From an uncultured virus (IMG/VR IMGVR_UViG_3300025736_000009) (taxonomy: Duplodnaviria; Heunggongvirae; Uroviricota; Caudoviricetes), in the IMG/VR virus record IMGVR_UViG_3300025736_000009: a stretch of 59,170 nucleotides of DNA. One strand, given 5' to 3'. A program made the translations under genes and the position numbers. The notes beneath the pieces are model-generated. The model was given only the letters and a program-made list of their open reading frames with translations, was not told the origin of the DNA and ran no database searches. The number at the start of each line of letters is the position of its first letter. Position 1 is the stretch's first letter. Of the stretch, positions 37,699-48,900 are shown in pieces.

Positions 37699-39972
37699 AT
37701 GGCCTCAACATTCCCAACAACAATAGATACATTTACAACAAAAACAAATGCAAATAATGTAGAATACTCCCATATAAACGACTTACAAAATTCTGTAATA
37801 GCTATACAAACACATTCTGCTTTTAGTGGTACAGAAGTATGGGTATCCGGTACAACTAGCGGTTCAATACAAGCAACAATTAATAGTATTACAGATGCTT
37901 CTAGTTCTACTCCATACGTAGTAAAGATTCCACCTGGAATATATGAGGAACAAATAACATGTAAAGACTATGTAAGTTTACTAGGAACAGCTGTTGAAAA
38001 AACAAGTATTCAATATTCAAAAGCATATGTAGCTACCCTTACATTGGCAAACTATATAACAATTGAAAACCTATCTGTAAGTAATACAAGTGGATGGGGA
38101 ATAAATGCAGCAGACACTTTAACCGATTTAACAATTGGTAATTGTTATATATATGGTAAAGCCTATGCAATCAGAAGTTTTCAAAAAAGCATAAATAATT
38201 TTACAATATATAATACAAAAATGGAAAGCGAGTATATTGGTTTTGCAGCTGGTGGATTAAATATTAACATATATTCCTCTGAAATATATATTAAAAATCT
38301 TTCTGAAACGACTCATAGAACAAGCTGTATAGCGCAAGACAACGATACAACAGCTAACTTCTTTGGATGTAGGCTTTATTCAGAAAATACACAAACAACT
38401 CTTGGATACCCTGCTTATGTTGCGTGGATTTTCAGTAGTCAGATTGCAAATATAAATTTTTATAACTGTCAAATGATATCAAGAGATAGTGGAGGAATAG
38501 CTAATTCTTATGGACTATACATGGATCAAGCTTTATCTACAATTAATGTATATGGAGGACAAGTTACTGCATCTGGAGGAGCAAACACATATGACCTATA
38601 TCAAGCAGCCGGAACACTAAACGTATATGGAACAGACTATAAAACTTCAACAGGAACTATATCAGGAGACAGCAAATGTCCAGGAACACTAACTGGAAAC
38701 AGATTTGTTTCAGAAGTTACAATAGGGACTCAGCCATATGCAGCAACATCTACCACACTAAATAGTAATTTAAACGCAGATTTATTGGATGGCTATCATC
38801 AAGAATCTTTTAGTCGCAATATATCTAGACTACTAACAGTCGATATAAGTGGTAATGGAAACTACACAACTATACAAGCAGCTAATAACGCAGCTATAAC
38901 AGATGGAGCAACATTAGCTCTTCCAACAACTGTATTAACTTATCCAGGCACTACTCTAGACTATACACCAAATCAAGCAGTTAAAGTGCTACCAATTGAA
39001 ACACTATGGTCCCCAAGACAAGCAGTTACTCTTGAAAAAGAAGGTACCTACAGCACAATAAAAGCAGCTGTAGCAGCAGCAGGAAACGCGCCGATACTAG
39101 TTATACCCACTACGGTTGTCTCTCCGGGCACTGGTACGCTTGCCGATGCTATAGCAGCAGCCAGTACTGGGGATATTCTTCTGCTGGAGAACGGAGCCTA
39201 TAGTGAGGATGCAACTGACATATCCAAGGATTTGCATATTATAGGCGAAAGCCGTGAGGGAACTATCATAACCGGCACGGCCTTTATTGCTACTGCTGCT
39301 GTGTCAATGGCTAACCTGACCTTGAACTGCGGCGGCGATGAGTTTCAAAACACCGGAACGAATATCTATGCCTATAACGTGGACTTTGAAAACATGAGTA
39401 GCCCTGGGGGGCTCACTCATCTGCTTGGTGATCCTGTGATTGAGTTACGCTACTGTAGGCTTTACAGCGTGGATGTCGGCACAATAGATACCAACCTAGC
39501 AACTACTTGTACAATACAACTCGATCATTGTTATCTCGAACTGCGAGGCGATGCTCTCGGTGCTGGTACCCCAATTTGTCAGTTGGGTACGGCGGCTGTT
39601 CTCAACGCGAGATATACAACGTTCGCTAATATACCAATAGACGCGGCGGCTGGTTCTATTGGGTGCATTTGCAATGGTGGTGGATCGTTGGGTGGCACAC
39701 TGGATCACTGTTATATCCTCGAAGATGTGTCTGCATGTGCAAGCATAACCGGCGGTAGCGCAACAGGGATCTTGGCAAGTGATGCAGCCGATGATATATC
39801 ACTAATTGACTGTGTTGTTTCCGTGCTTGTGCCAGCCGACCAGGACACCTACCATTTGGAGCAGACCGCAGGCGCGCTTCGACATGTTGGCACGACGGTT
39901 CCTACGGGACAAATATACAATGAAGATGGGACGATAATTGATGTCTACAAGATCGACCCACTAGCAAGGTAA
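37699..39972 (+). CDS. Tail spike/fibre with two pectin-lyase-like beta-helix modules
   Basis: SIQATINSI..VKIPPGIYEEQIT; fibre linker LNADLLDGYH; TLADAIAAASTGDILLLENGAYSE..IIGESREGTII. Confidence 0.8.
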   Translation: MASTFPTTIDTFTTKTNANNVEYSHINDLQNSVIAIQTHSAFSGTEVWVSGTTSGSIQATINSITDASSSTPYVVKIPPGIYEEQITCKDYVSLLGTAVEKTSIQYSKAYVATLTLANYITIENLSVSNTSGWGINAADTLTDLTIGNCYIYGKAYAIRSFQKSINNFTIYNTKMESEYIGFAAGGLNINIYSSEIYIKNLSETTHRTSCIAQDNDTTANFFGCRLYSENTQTTLGYPAYVAWIFSSQIANINFYNCQMISRDSGGIANSYGLYMDQALSTINVYGGQVTASGGANTYDLYQAAGTLNVYGTDYKTSTGTISGDSKCPGTLTGNRFVSEVTIGTQPYAATSTTLNSNLNADLLDGYHQESFSRNISRLLTVDISGNGNYTTIQAANNAAITDGATLALPTTVLTYPGTTLDYTPNQAVKVLPIETLWSPRQAVTLEKEGTYSTIKAAVAAAGNAPILVIPTTVVSPGTGTLADAIAAASTGDILLLENGAYSEDATDISKDLHIIGESREGTIITGTAFIATAAVSMANLTLNCGGDEFQNTGTNIYAYNVDFENMSSPGGLTHLLGDPVIELRYCRLYSVDVGTIDTNLATTCTIQLDHCYLELRGDALGAGTPICQLGTAAVLNARYTTFANIPIDAAAGSIGCICNGGGSLGGTLDHCYILEDVSACASITGGSATGILASDAADDISLIDCVVSVLVPADQDTYHLEQTAGALRHVGTTVPTGQIYNEDGTIIDVYKIDPLAR

Positions 39973-39976
39973 ACAA

Positions 39977-41698
39977 ATGACAATATTTGAAAGTGGTAGC
40001 AGTGGGGTAGAATTTAATTATAGTACTGAATTATCTGGATACACAAAACAAGGTGTAGGGATCGGTGACGACCTAAAAATCAAAATAAAAAAAGGTATAT
40101 TTGGTAGATGGTTTCCACTTATAACAAAGGGATGGTATTACAAAGGTACATCAGAACGATATCTATTTGCTGAAAAAGCAGGAATACAAGTAGACTATGG
40201 TACACACTCTACAATAGAATCCTATGCTCTAACAGGAACATCCTCTGTACCTACATCCGCAGTATTAGATTATGGGCCTATATTTTTAAATGATAATAAT
40301 TCTACAGATACATTCATACAGGTATGCGGGCCACTAAGAACATACAGACCAGCAACCTGGACATCAGTAACAGACACAAATCTATGGACTGCGCCTGTAT
40401 CTGGACTACTAATAAATGTAACAAGTACCAAATATGGAGATTTATGGAACGTTCCAGCAAGTGGATATATCTCATCAGATGAATACTATTACTATAATGA
40501 ATTGCTATCTCTTGCTTTTGTTGCTTCAGATGGAAATCCATCGGGCACAGTATTTTTAACCTATACAACATCAGCATCAGGACAAGAATTATTATTACAA
40601 GAAGAAATACATATTGTAGATGCTTATAGAAAAATACGTACAGCCTACGCACATATAGCTATAGAAGATACAACAAGACTACCACAAGTAACTTCTATTG
40701 TATCAACAGGAATACTAACTACAGAAGTAGCATCAACACAAGTAGGAACAGGAAGTTTAAATAATCAAATAACATTGGCTTCTCCGATAACCTCTGGAAA
40801 TCAAGTAGCAATATCTTATTATGTAAATCAATCATTCGTAGTAGACAATGGAGAAATAGCAGTATACGCAACATCTGCTATGACAGGAACCTGTAACTAT
40901 GAAGCATCTATAGCAGAACATCAAGACCTATCTAGTTTAGCAAGTTCAGATTTATCATATGTACAGCTAAATCCTATATACAGTGGAGTTGGTCCTGGCT
41001 TCTTATTCCTCGCAGAAGCACAAGCAACAAGTGCTCAAGCAGATAAACTATATATTACTCATTCACCAACACGGGCACAAGTATTAAGTGGAACAGGTCC
41101 TCCTGTTAGAATAGCAGCATATGTAGTTGATAAAGATAATAATCCTCTGCCTGGAGTCAGCCTATCAAGTAGTGCAATTGGAGATGGACGAATGGCAACA
41201 TCTGCTATAATACCTACTACACAAATAACAGATTGGAATGGAGCAGTAACCTACTCATGGACACCTACTGGAGCAGGAACTACAACATTTACAATAGAGG
41301 TAAGCACAACAACCTCATCTTCATTATCTGGGCAAGCAGCCTTTGTACAAGTTGTATCACCAATAATAGGATATAGCGGAACGCAAGTACCAAGAAAAAT
41401 ATTCCTTTATGCTGATACTGACAATGTTATAGAAAATAAAGCAAAAGTACATGTTATGCTAACCGCAGCAGATGGAACACCTTATATAGGAGGATCGACT
41501 TTAGCATATCTGGTATCAAAAAATAGTAAATTTGAAGACCAAACAACAGCAAGTAGTTACTATGAAACAACAGTGGGCAATACAGGAATAGTAACATTAC
41601 AATACTATCTAATAGGAAGAGACATCATATACGCATATTTTTATGATTCTACAATATCAAGTTATGTCTACTCTGACAAGGTAATTATAGGAGTTTAG
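39977..41698 (+). CDS. Structural protein with a Big_1-type Ig-like domain
   Basis: AYVVDKDNNPLPGVSL..TDWNGAVTYSWT. Confidence 0.65.
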   Translation: MTIFESGSSGVEFNYSTELSGYTKQGVGIGDDLKIKIKKGIFGRWFPLITKGWYYKGTSERYLFAEKAGIQVDYGTHSTIESYALTGTSSVPTSAVLDYGPIFLNDNNSTDTFIQVCGPLRTYRPATWTSVTDTNLWTAPVSGLLINVTSTKYGDLWNVPASGYISSDEYYYYNELLSLAFVASDGNPSGTVFLTYTTSASGQELLLQEEIHIVDAYRKIRTAYAHIAIEDTTRLPQVTSIVSTGILTTEVASTQVGTGSLNNQITLASPITSGNQVAISYYVNQSFVVDNGEIAVYATSAMTGTCNYEASIAEHQDLSSLASSDLSYVQLNPIYSGVGPGFLFLAEAQATSAQADKLYITHSPTRAQVLSGTGPPVRIAAYVVDKDNNPLPGVSLSSSAIGDGRMATSAIIPTTQITDWNGAVTYSWTPTGAGTTTFTIEVSTTTSSSLSGQAAFVQVVSPIIGYSGTQVPRKIFLYADTDNVIENKAKVHVMLTAADGTPYIGGSTLAYLVSKNSKFEDQTTASSYYETTVGNTGIVTLQYYLIGRDIIYAYFYDSTISSYVYSDKVIIGV

Positions 41699-41699
41699 T

Positions 41700-43241
41700 A
41701 TGGCAGATTACATACTACAATATGGTAACGTAGTCCCAAAAGATTCAATAAACCTGGCAAGGATTTATCCGCCTCCTCTTACACCAAATGAAAATGCAAT
41801 CGTAATAGATGTAATTGGCAAGCATCCTCTTAACATCTTTAATTATTATAAAGATACAAAAGTATCCACATTTACATATGAAAGCACAGCAGCATCCTTG
41901 CCATATTTTGAATCAATACATGCCCCTATAGGTGTAGTTAAACCAATAGAAGATGAAACAGGCGCATGGCACTTACTTATTAGAGATGGAACATTTAAAG
42001 TTCTTACAGAATATACTTCTTCAGAAGTAGCAAGTAGTTGGATAACGTCAGCAGCAAATGAAGAAGGATGGCTCGATGGGCATAGAATAGTACTTACATA
42101 TTCAATACCAGAAGTACTCGCACAACCTTACCTTACTACAGAAGTAGATACAGACATAACAGCAGCAGGCATGAGAGGGTTTCCTGCAGTAGATGAATAT
42201 GCTACATATATAGATGAACACACAATATCTGTAGCAAATAAAAACTTGTATAAAATTACAAGTATAAAAATAAATGGAGAAGAAAAAGTCTCAGAAATAC
42301 CAGGAACAACAGGTATAACACCACTAACAGTAAACCTACATCCAGAGGTAGGGGCTATAGACTTCGATAGAGGAACTATACCTCTAACAAACTCTATAGC
42401 TACAAACAACTTAGTACAAGTATCCTACGAATACTCAGCAAGATGTTTAGTATACAGAGGATACTATGATGAACTGCTTAATAGGTTCTGTGACTTAGAT
42501 TTAAATCCATCCTATGGCCACACCTATGACGGAGGAAAACCAAGTAAGAATCTATTAGCATCCGCAATATATGTATTCTTACTGCCATCAGCAGCATACT
42601 CTTATACAGATTCACTAACAGGAACAGTAAAAGTAAAAACAGCACTAAAATACACAGACCAACTATTACGATGGGAAGCTGGACCTACTCTAACTCTACC
42701 CTCTTCTGGTTTTGGAACATACGCAGACTCAACCACACAAGGGCTTAAAACACTTAATACATATGGTAGAGCTTACTATGACATTACTTACTTCTCAAAT
42801 ACAGTAACAACAGATAGCCCAATAATTGTATTAGAAGATGGAACATTAGCTACGGATTTATTAGCAGGAGGCGTAGGCTCGTTAACAAATTATCCAAGCG
42901 CACTTATTCTGGCTAAAATCTACATAAGCCCAAGTAGCACAATAGATGGAGTAACAATAATAGATACACGAGTACGTGGCGGTGGTCTAAAAGAAAACGA
43001 AGATATAACCTTCTCCTCCCTATCTGGAGATCAAATAAATGAAATGAACAGATATTGGGATATTGGTGGTTGGGAAGGCGATTTAGCAATGTTAAATGGA
43101 GTAGTAGTAATAGAATTACCAGAAGATTTAATTACAGGAGCGCAAGGAATAAGAGCATTTACAGAACGAGAAATAGAAGACATAGTAAACAAACACATTG
43201 CTAGTGGAATAAAACCAATAATAAGATATGTGAGTAGTTAA
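41700..43241 (+). CDS. Virion (baseplate-associated) structural protein
   Basis: 513 aa within the tail module; C-terminal IDTRVRGGGL..YWDIG..EIEDIVNKHIASG. Confidence 0.55.
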   Translation: MADYILQYGNVVPKDSINLARIYPPPLTPNENAIVIDVIGKHPLNIFNYYKDTKVSTFTYESTAASLPYFESIHAPIGVVKPIEDETGAWHLLIRDGTFKVLTEYTSSEVASSWITSAANEEGWLDGHRIVLTYSIPEVLAQPYLTTEVDTDITAAGMRGFPAVDEYATYIDEHTISVANKNLYKITSIKINGEEKVSEIPGTTGITPLTVNLHPEVGAIDFDRGTIPLTNSIATNNLVQVSYEYSARCLVYRGYYDELLNRFCDLDLNPSYGHTYDGGKPSKNLLASAIYVFLLPSAAYSYTDSLTGTVKVKTALKYTDQLLRWEAGPTLTLPSSGFGTYADSTTQGLKTLNTYGRAYYDITYFSNTVTTDSPIIVLEDGTLATDLLAGGVGSLTNYPSALILAKIYISPSSTIDGVTIIDTRVRGGGLKENEDITFSSLSGDQINEMNRYWDIGGWEGDLAMLNGVVVIELPEDLITGAQGIRAFTEREIEDIVNKHIASGIKPIIRYVSS

Positions 43242-43245
43242 CAAT

Positions 43246-44736
43246 ATGGCAATAGAAACATCATTTCCAAATCAAGTAGACACTTTAGTTGAAATGCCTT
43301 ACACACAAAACATGTTATCAGAAAATCTTGTCAAAGCTGACCATGTAAATCTATTAATAAATGCCATTACGCCTGTAGAACAAAGAGCACGAAATGTAAT
43401 ACTAACAGACTTACATGCATTAAGTGGAACAACAGTTACTAGACGAACAGCTATACTTGATCAAGTAGAACATGAAAATATTCATAGCAATATAAATGGA
43501 AACTATGTAAGTTACTCTGTTGCTGGAACAGGAGATTGGGTATCATTCACAGTAGAAGGTAATATTATTTCACATGATAATAGTATCATAGCTGCTTGGA
43601 ATAATACAAGTTATGCAATAATAATACTTGGACAAGTAGATTATCAAAGAGCACTAGAAGGCGGAGGATATCAAGAAGCTACACTTCAAGTAGAAGGACA
43701 AGTAGTAAATATAAGCAGTGATGGAAAAACCGCAGCCATAGCGTTTTCACTTCCAACAAATTCAACCAATCTTAAATATACAATAATCTGTATAGATAAA
43801 GCAAGTACAACAGGAGTAATTCTTAGTCCATATGCTGTAAACCTTATACCAGAACAAATAGTACAATCATATATGGATAGCCAATTATGGCATGCAACAA
43901 CAGGACAACTAAACCCTATAGGCCCACTTTGTGGGTTACCTCTTGAAAACCATTGTGATTGGCCATTTTATCCAGTATACTACGTAGCAGAAACATATGC
44001 ACAACGAGCATATAGTATACCAGCCTATGTAACACATATGAGAACAACTCCAACATATGTTCATGAAGATCCAATTGCATCTCACTCAGGAATAACTGGA
44101 ATTAAAGTAGGACCTGGTATCCTAAGATCATGTAATAGTTGGTTACCTGCCGCTGCTAATGTATCAGCATCTGGAGATTTTGGATTTATGTGGCCTGACT
44201 TTGGACACGTAGCATCTTGGTTAGTAGATTTAAGAACACAACCAAATTCTGGATCTGAAAGAGATTATGAATTAAGTTTTTGGTATAAAGTATTCTATGA
44301 AGGTTTCTGGAAACCAAACAACATACCAACATATCCAAGAATATATATGCATGGATATACACACACAGATATAGTATCTTCTATGTATGTAAGCTCAATA
44401 GAAACGGATCCACAAACTGGATTCTATACAACTACAAAAGGATTAAGTGCAACATGGACGTTGACTAATGGTGATGACTACTGGATAGAATTACCTCCAC
44501 TACTACATGTCTATACAACATATGGAAGCTGGAGACAATTTAAAACAACAGTAAATGTTCCAGCAGATCTAACATATGTTAGACTAACAATAGGATCCTT
44601 CTATAAAACAACTACAGACTTTATAATGTATGATAGACCATTGGAATATGAAGATGACTCAGAATGGACATGGGTACATAAAAATGTACCACAATTATGG
44701 CTAGATGATATTATACTAAGGGAGAGTGAAGTATAA
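43246..44736 (+). CDS. Putative tail fibre/receptor-binding protein with a carbohydrate-binding-like C-terminus
   Basis: N-terminal anchor TSFPNQVD..ADHVNLLINAI; YELSFWYK, SWRQFKTTV, LWLDDI are CBM-like. Confidence 0.55.
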   Translation: MAIETSFPNQVDTLVEMPYTQNMLSENLVKADHVNLLINAITPVEQRARNVILTDLHALSGTTVTRRTAILDQVEHENIHSNINGNYVSYSVAGTGDWVSFTVEGNIISHDNSIIAAWNNTSYAIIILGQVDYQRALEGGGYQEATLQVEGQVVNISSDGKTAAIAFSLPTNSTNLKYTIICIDKASTTGVILSPYAVNLIPEQIVQSYMDSQLWHATTGQLNPIGPLCGLPLENHCDWPFYPVYYVAETYAQRAYSIPAYVTHMRTTPTYVHEDPIASHSGITGIKVGPGILRSCNSWLPAAANVSASGDFGFMWPDFGHVASWLVDLRTQPNSGSERDYELSFWYKVFYEGFWKPNNIPTYPRIYMHGYTHTDIVSSMYVSSIETDPQTGFYTTTKGLSATWTLTNGDDYWIELPPLLHVYTTYGSWRQFKTTVNVPADLTYVRLTIGSFYKTTTDFIMYDRPLEYEDDSEWTWVHKNVPQLWLDDIILRESEV

Positions 44737-45338
44737 TGAGTATAGTAGACGGAATTACAGGATTAAATTCTGCATTTGCAACTGGAGGTATTGACAACTT
44801 ACAAACAAGTAAGGTAAGAAATTCAATACCAGTTGATGCAAGTTTATGGAATACTCTTGCAGATACTATATGTTCTGTAGAAAGAAAACTATGTACAACC
44901 GCAACCACAACAGGAGGATCACGGCTAATACATAAATTAGCAGGACCTCGAATAGAGGCTCTTGGAGGAGCATTGTGGAAAAAAGTATTGCTAACAACAT
45001 ATGATGTTATATGTAATACAGAAGTAACAAGTGCAGAGTTTACATTACCAATAATATGTACACAGTATGAAGCAGGAACTCCTCCACTTCCAGAAAGAAA
45101 TGAAAGCCTAAGTTGGAGAGACTTAAGATATTCAGTGTCTTCAACTGGAGCTACAGTTTATCCACTTGTAGTAGAATTACTAAGTACACCAACAACAACT
45201 CGTATAGATACTACATCTATTAAAACAGAATTAAGTTTACTATTAAAACCACAAGGATATGGATGGAAAGATGCACCAACCATACCAGAAGGAAAATATA
45301 TTGTCAAAGTATTTGGCTGTACAATCCCAACAGACTAA
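44736..45338 (+). CDS. Putative short fibre/adaptor protein
   Basis: SAFATGGIDNL..DASLWNTLADTICSVERKL anchor-like N-terminus. Confidence 0.5.
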   Translation: MSIVDGITGLNSAFATGGIDNLQTSKVRNSIPVDASLWNTLADTICSVERKLCTTATTTGGSRLIHKLAGPRIEALGGALWKKVLLTTYDVICNTEVTSAEFTLPIICTQYEAGTPPLPERNESLSWRDLRYSVSSTGATVYPLVVELLSTPTTTRIDTTSIKTELSLLLKPQGYGWKDAPTIPEGKYIVKVFGCTIPTD

Positions 45339-45352
45339 GGAAATAATCTAAT

Positions 45353-45946
45353 ATGGCTATACCTTTTAATACAGGAAAACAATCAACATTTCCAGGAGTA
45401 CTAGATTCATTTAGAAGATATGCAAACGATACAGATATAATACCTTCTGAAGGTATGAATAGAATGAATGCGTCTATATATAATTTAGAGCATGAACTAC
45501 TAAATGCACCAGAAGTATCTGGATCAAATGACTTGGTTATAGCAGCAACAACTGTTACAATTACAGATTTAGTACCAGGTGAAGCACAAACATTAGATTT
45601 CGACTCTTCTACCGTTGCAACATCTGCACTTGTTGCTCTTCTTGGCGCAGAAAATCTATGTTCAACTGGAAGTGCAATGCTTATGGTTTCTGCAAGACCT
45701 ACATCCGCAGCAACAGCAGAAAACACATTACTATATAATGCTTTTGATTTACAATATCTAGACTCAACACCAGCAAACGATCATAATCGCTATGCAATGT
45801 ATAGAACAAACTGGTATTGGTCTGATCTTGACACAGTAACATATACAATATATACAGGAGAAAGTGCTACTTTAGTAACAACACCCACAGCATCTACAAT
45901 AAATGAAATAATAATATCCTTTATTGGAATAAGTAGCAACATATAA
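45353..45946 (+). CDS. Putative short fibre/adaptor protein
   Basis: STFPGVLDSF..MNRMNASIYNLEHEL anchor-like N-terminus. Confidence 0.5.
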   Translation: MAIPFNTGKQSTFPGVLDSFRRYANDTDIIPSEGMNRMNASIYNLEHELLNAPEVSGSNDLVIAATTVTITDLVPGEAQTLDFDSSTVATSALVALLGAENLCSTGSAMLMVSARPTSAATAENTLLYNAFDLQYLDSTPANDHNRYAMYRTNWYWSDLDTVTYTIYTGESATLVTTPTASTINEIIISFIGISSNI

Positions 45947-45951
45947 CTATT

Positions 45952-48900
45952 ATGAAAACATACCTAAATACCTATAAATCAGTAGTATCTGATAGTCAAA
46001 AATTGACACTAAATAGCTTCCTAGAAAAAGCAAAAACACAAGCACTATCTCTAGCCCCAACAGATCCAGAGGAACTATTAAAAAACATAGGAGAGAAATT
46101 ATTCTCTGTACCAGATACACCCACAGATCCAGATCAATATAATAAAGCTATCATAGCTGCTATTGCAGATTTAACTGCGTTATATGCCGAAATAGATAAT
46201 GTAGGTATAGGTATAACAGTATTAGAAAAACTTAATTCTGGAGAATTAGCTAGAATATCAAAGGCTATAGATAATATAGAGAATATGGTAAAAGCTCGCG
46301 CTGCAATGAACAAAAATATCCTAAATTATACTGATATAGTATATGAAGATTTTACAGCAGATAACGGAGACTCTACAATAATACCAACACTCTATAGAAA
46401 ACTAGAGATAGATAAAACAGATAATGCGCTAAAACGGCCAATAGCTGGAAGTATTTCAAAAACAATCTCTGCTGGTAATAGAAAAATGTGCAAAGTTACA
46501 ATAGAAAAACTATTAGGTGCTTCTATAGATACATTACACCCAGTATCAGAAGCAGTAGATGGAAGTAAAGATACATGTTGGAAAGAAACAATACTATCAG
46601 ACTCTCCAATAGCTGCAAATAGAAATATAGTAAACTGGTTACCAGCTTCCTATTCTGGTGGATCAGCCGCAAAACTAAGATTTGAATTTGATTTTATGAC
46701 TCCAATAACAGAAATCTCACTATCTCCAGTTTCCTCACATCCAATGAGATTATTAGAAGTAGCATGGAGTCCACAATTTAGAAATACCAAAGACACAGGA
46801 AGTATCATTCCAATAAATGGAAACTTTTCAGATAATTTAGTAGGATGGGTTACAACAGAAACATCAGAAACAACAGGATACATAACCTCTCTTGCTGGCT
46901 ATGATGGAAGTCAGTGTTTAGAAATACATACAGCAACAGCAACTGGAAGTAGTTGGAAAATATCTAGAAATTTACAATTAAACCCATCTACATTATATGG
47001 TATCTCATTTTATATGAAGAGATCTTCTTCAACAACTCAAGTAAAGCTTACAGCATCTATGATAGTAGATATTCCAGTAGGAACAGTACATAGTAAATTC
47101 TGGGAAATAACTCCAAGTGAAGAACTGTTATACTCTAATGAATGGCAAGAAGCTATATATAACTTCCAAACACCTTCACTTGATGAGTATTTACAAGCAG
47201 GAGCTATAACATCTGGAATCGCACTAACTTTTGAAATATCTGATATAGACTACAGTGAAACACTACTTGATGATATACAACTATCAAATGATTACTATGT
47301 AACTACTTTTGATGAAATAATTACAGACAAAACAACGCTAAAATTTACACCTATACGTGGTGGAAACATAGTATGTAAAACTCTTTGGCTAACACTATCA
47401 CAACCACACTATACACTTAAACATTATACAATATCAAATGGCGCACTGGATTTACAGGATCTATGGGAGCAAACACTATTACCCCCTAATTCAGATATAT
47501 TAACATACAACAATCCAAGAAAACGAGTAGCTACCTTTACAAAAAAAGAAAGAAAGCTACCAGCAAATTCACAATTTATAATTGAAGTAAGAAAGCTTAG
47601 TGGTAAAATAAAAGAAATGATTGCACAGCTATACTCTATAGCGCTACCAAGTAAAGAAGAAACAACAGTAGTAAAATATGAATATACTTTTGGTGCATCA
47701 GAAATAAATCTAAAAAATAATGAATATATACCAGAAGGAATATGGGTATCAAAGCCATTAGATATAACTGGAGAAATTAGACAACTAACACTAAAGCCAA
47801 CAACAGATGCTTCTACAGAAGCAGTAAACTTTTATGTAACAACATATAAAAATGAAACAATTGATACAGATAATCTTACACCTTTAATAGCACCAAACTA
47901 TACAAGATATTGGAAAGCTTCAGATGAGTCAAGATATTTTGGACCATCTGGACTTACAACAATTGTAGCCCCAGCAGAAATAACTGACACCTTTAATGGC
48001 ACAGATAGAAACCACAAAATTTCTCTTTCAAAGTTTCCATATATTAATATAGAAAAAGTAGCGGATATCTCAGCAAAAATTGCTAGTGGAGATATGCTAA
48101 ACATAGCAAGATACAGTCCAAATACATCTACAGTAACATATATAACTTCCACAGTTACTTCTCCATCTGGAGTACTAACCACTATTGAAGGTTATAAACC
48201 TGTAGAAGTTACATTGCACTTTTCAGATAGTATAGTACTACCAGATGTTATAGGAAATACAAGTGTAACAGTCGCAAAATTTATAGGACCAGAAAGTTTA
48301 CTACTAGATACAGAAGGTACAGTAGTAACAGAAATTGTAGAACGAATGGGAGGAGAACCCTCTCTACAAGATCTAAGTTTCTGGGATTACGTAGATTCAC
48401 TAATACAAAAAGCAATAGAAAAAGGAAATAAAAACACAGATAGAAGTAATATCATACAACAGGTACAAACAACTGATTTATGGGATAGTAATAAACTATC
48501 AAGAAAAGTAGTAGAAGAAAATAGAATAGTATCACAAACCTATGTTACAAAATATCCAGTACTATCTACAGATAAGGGAGATCAGTTAGACATATACTGG
48601 CATAGATATCAAGATTCAGATGGTAATGTTGTAACAGACCATACAAGCGACATACTACTGCATCCATCTACATATTCCATAGCCCACCTAAGACCAAGAG
48701 ACATTGCTTTAACAAAGTGGTTTAATACAACAAAATCAACTACTTTTGGACACGCAACAATAACAGTTAATGATGAAGGATTTGATCAGATACTAAGTGT
48801 TCCTGGTGTATCAGAAGAAAAATGGGAACTAGTAGCATATTACAGAACAAAAATACCAGCGGACCATATGTTACGAGATTATGATTTAGAAACCCCACAA

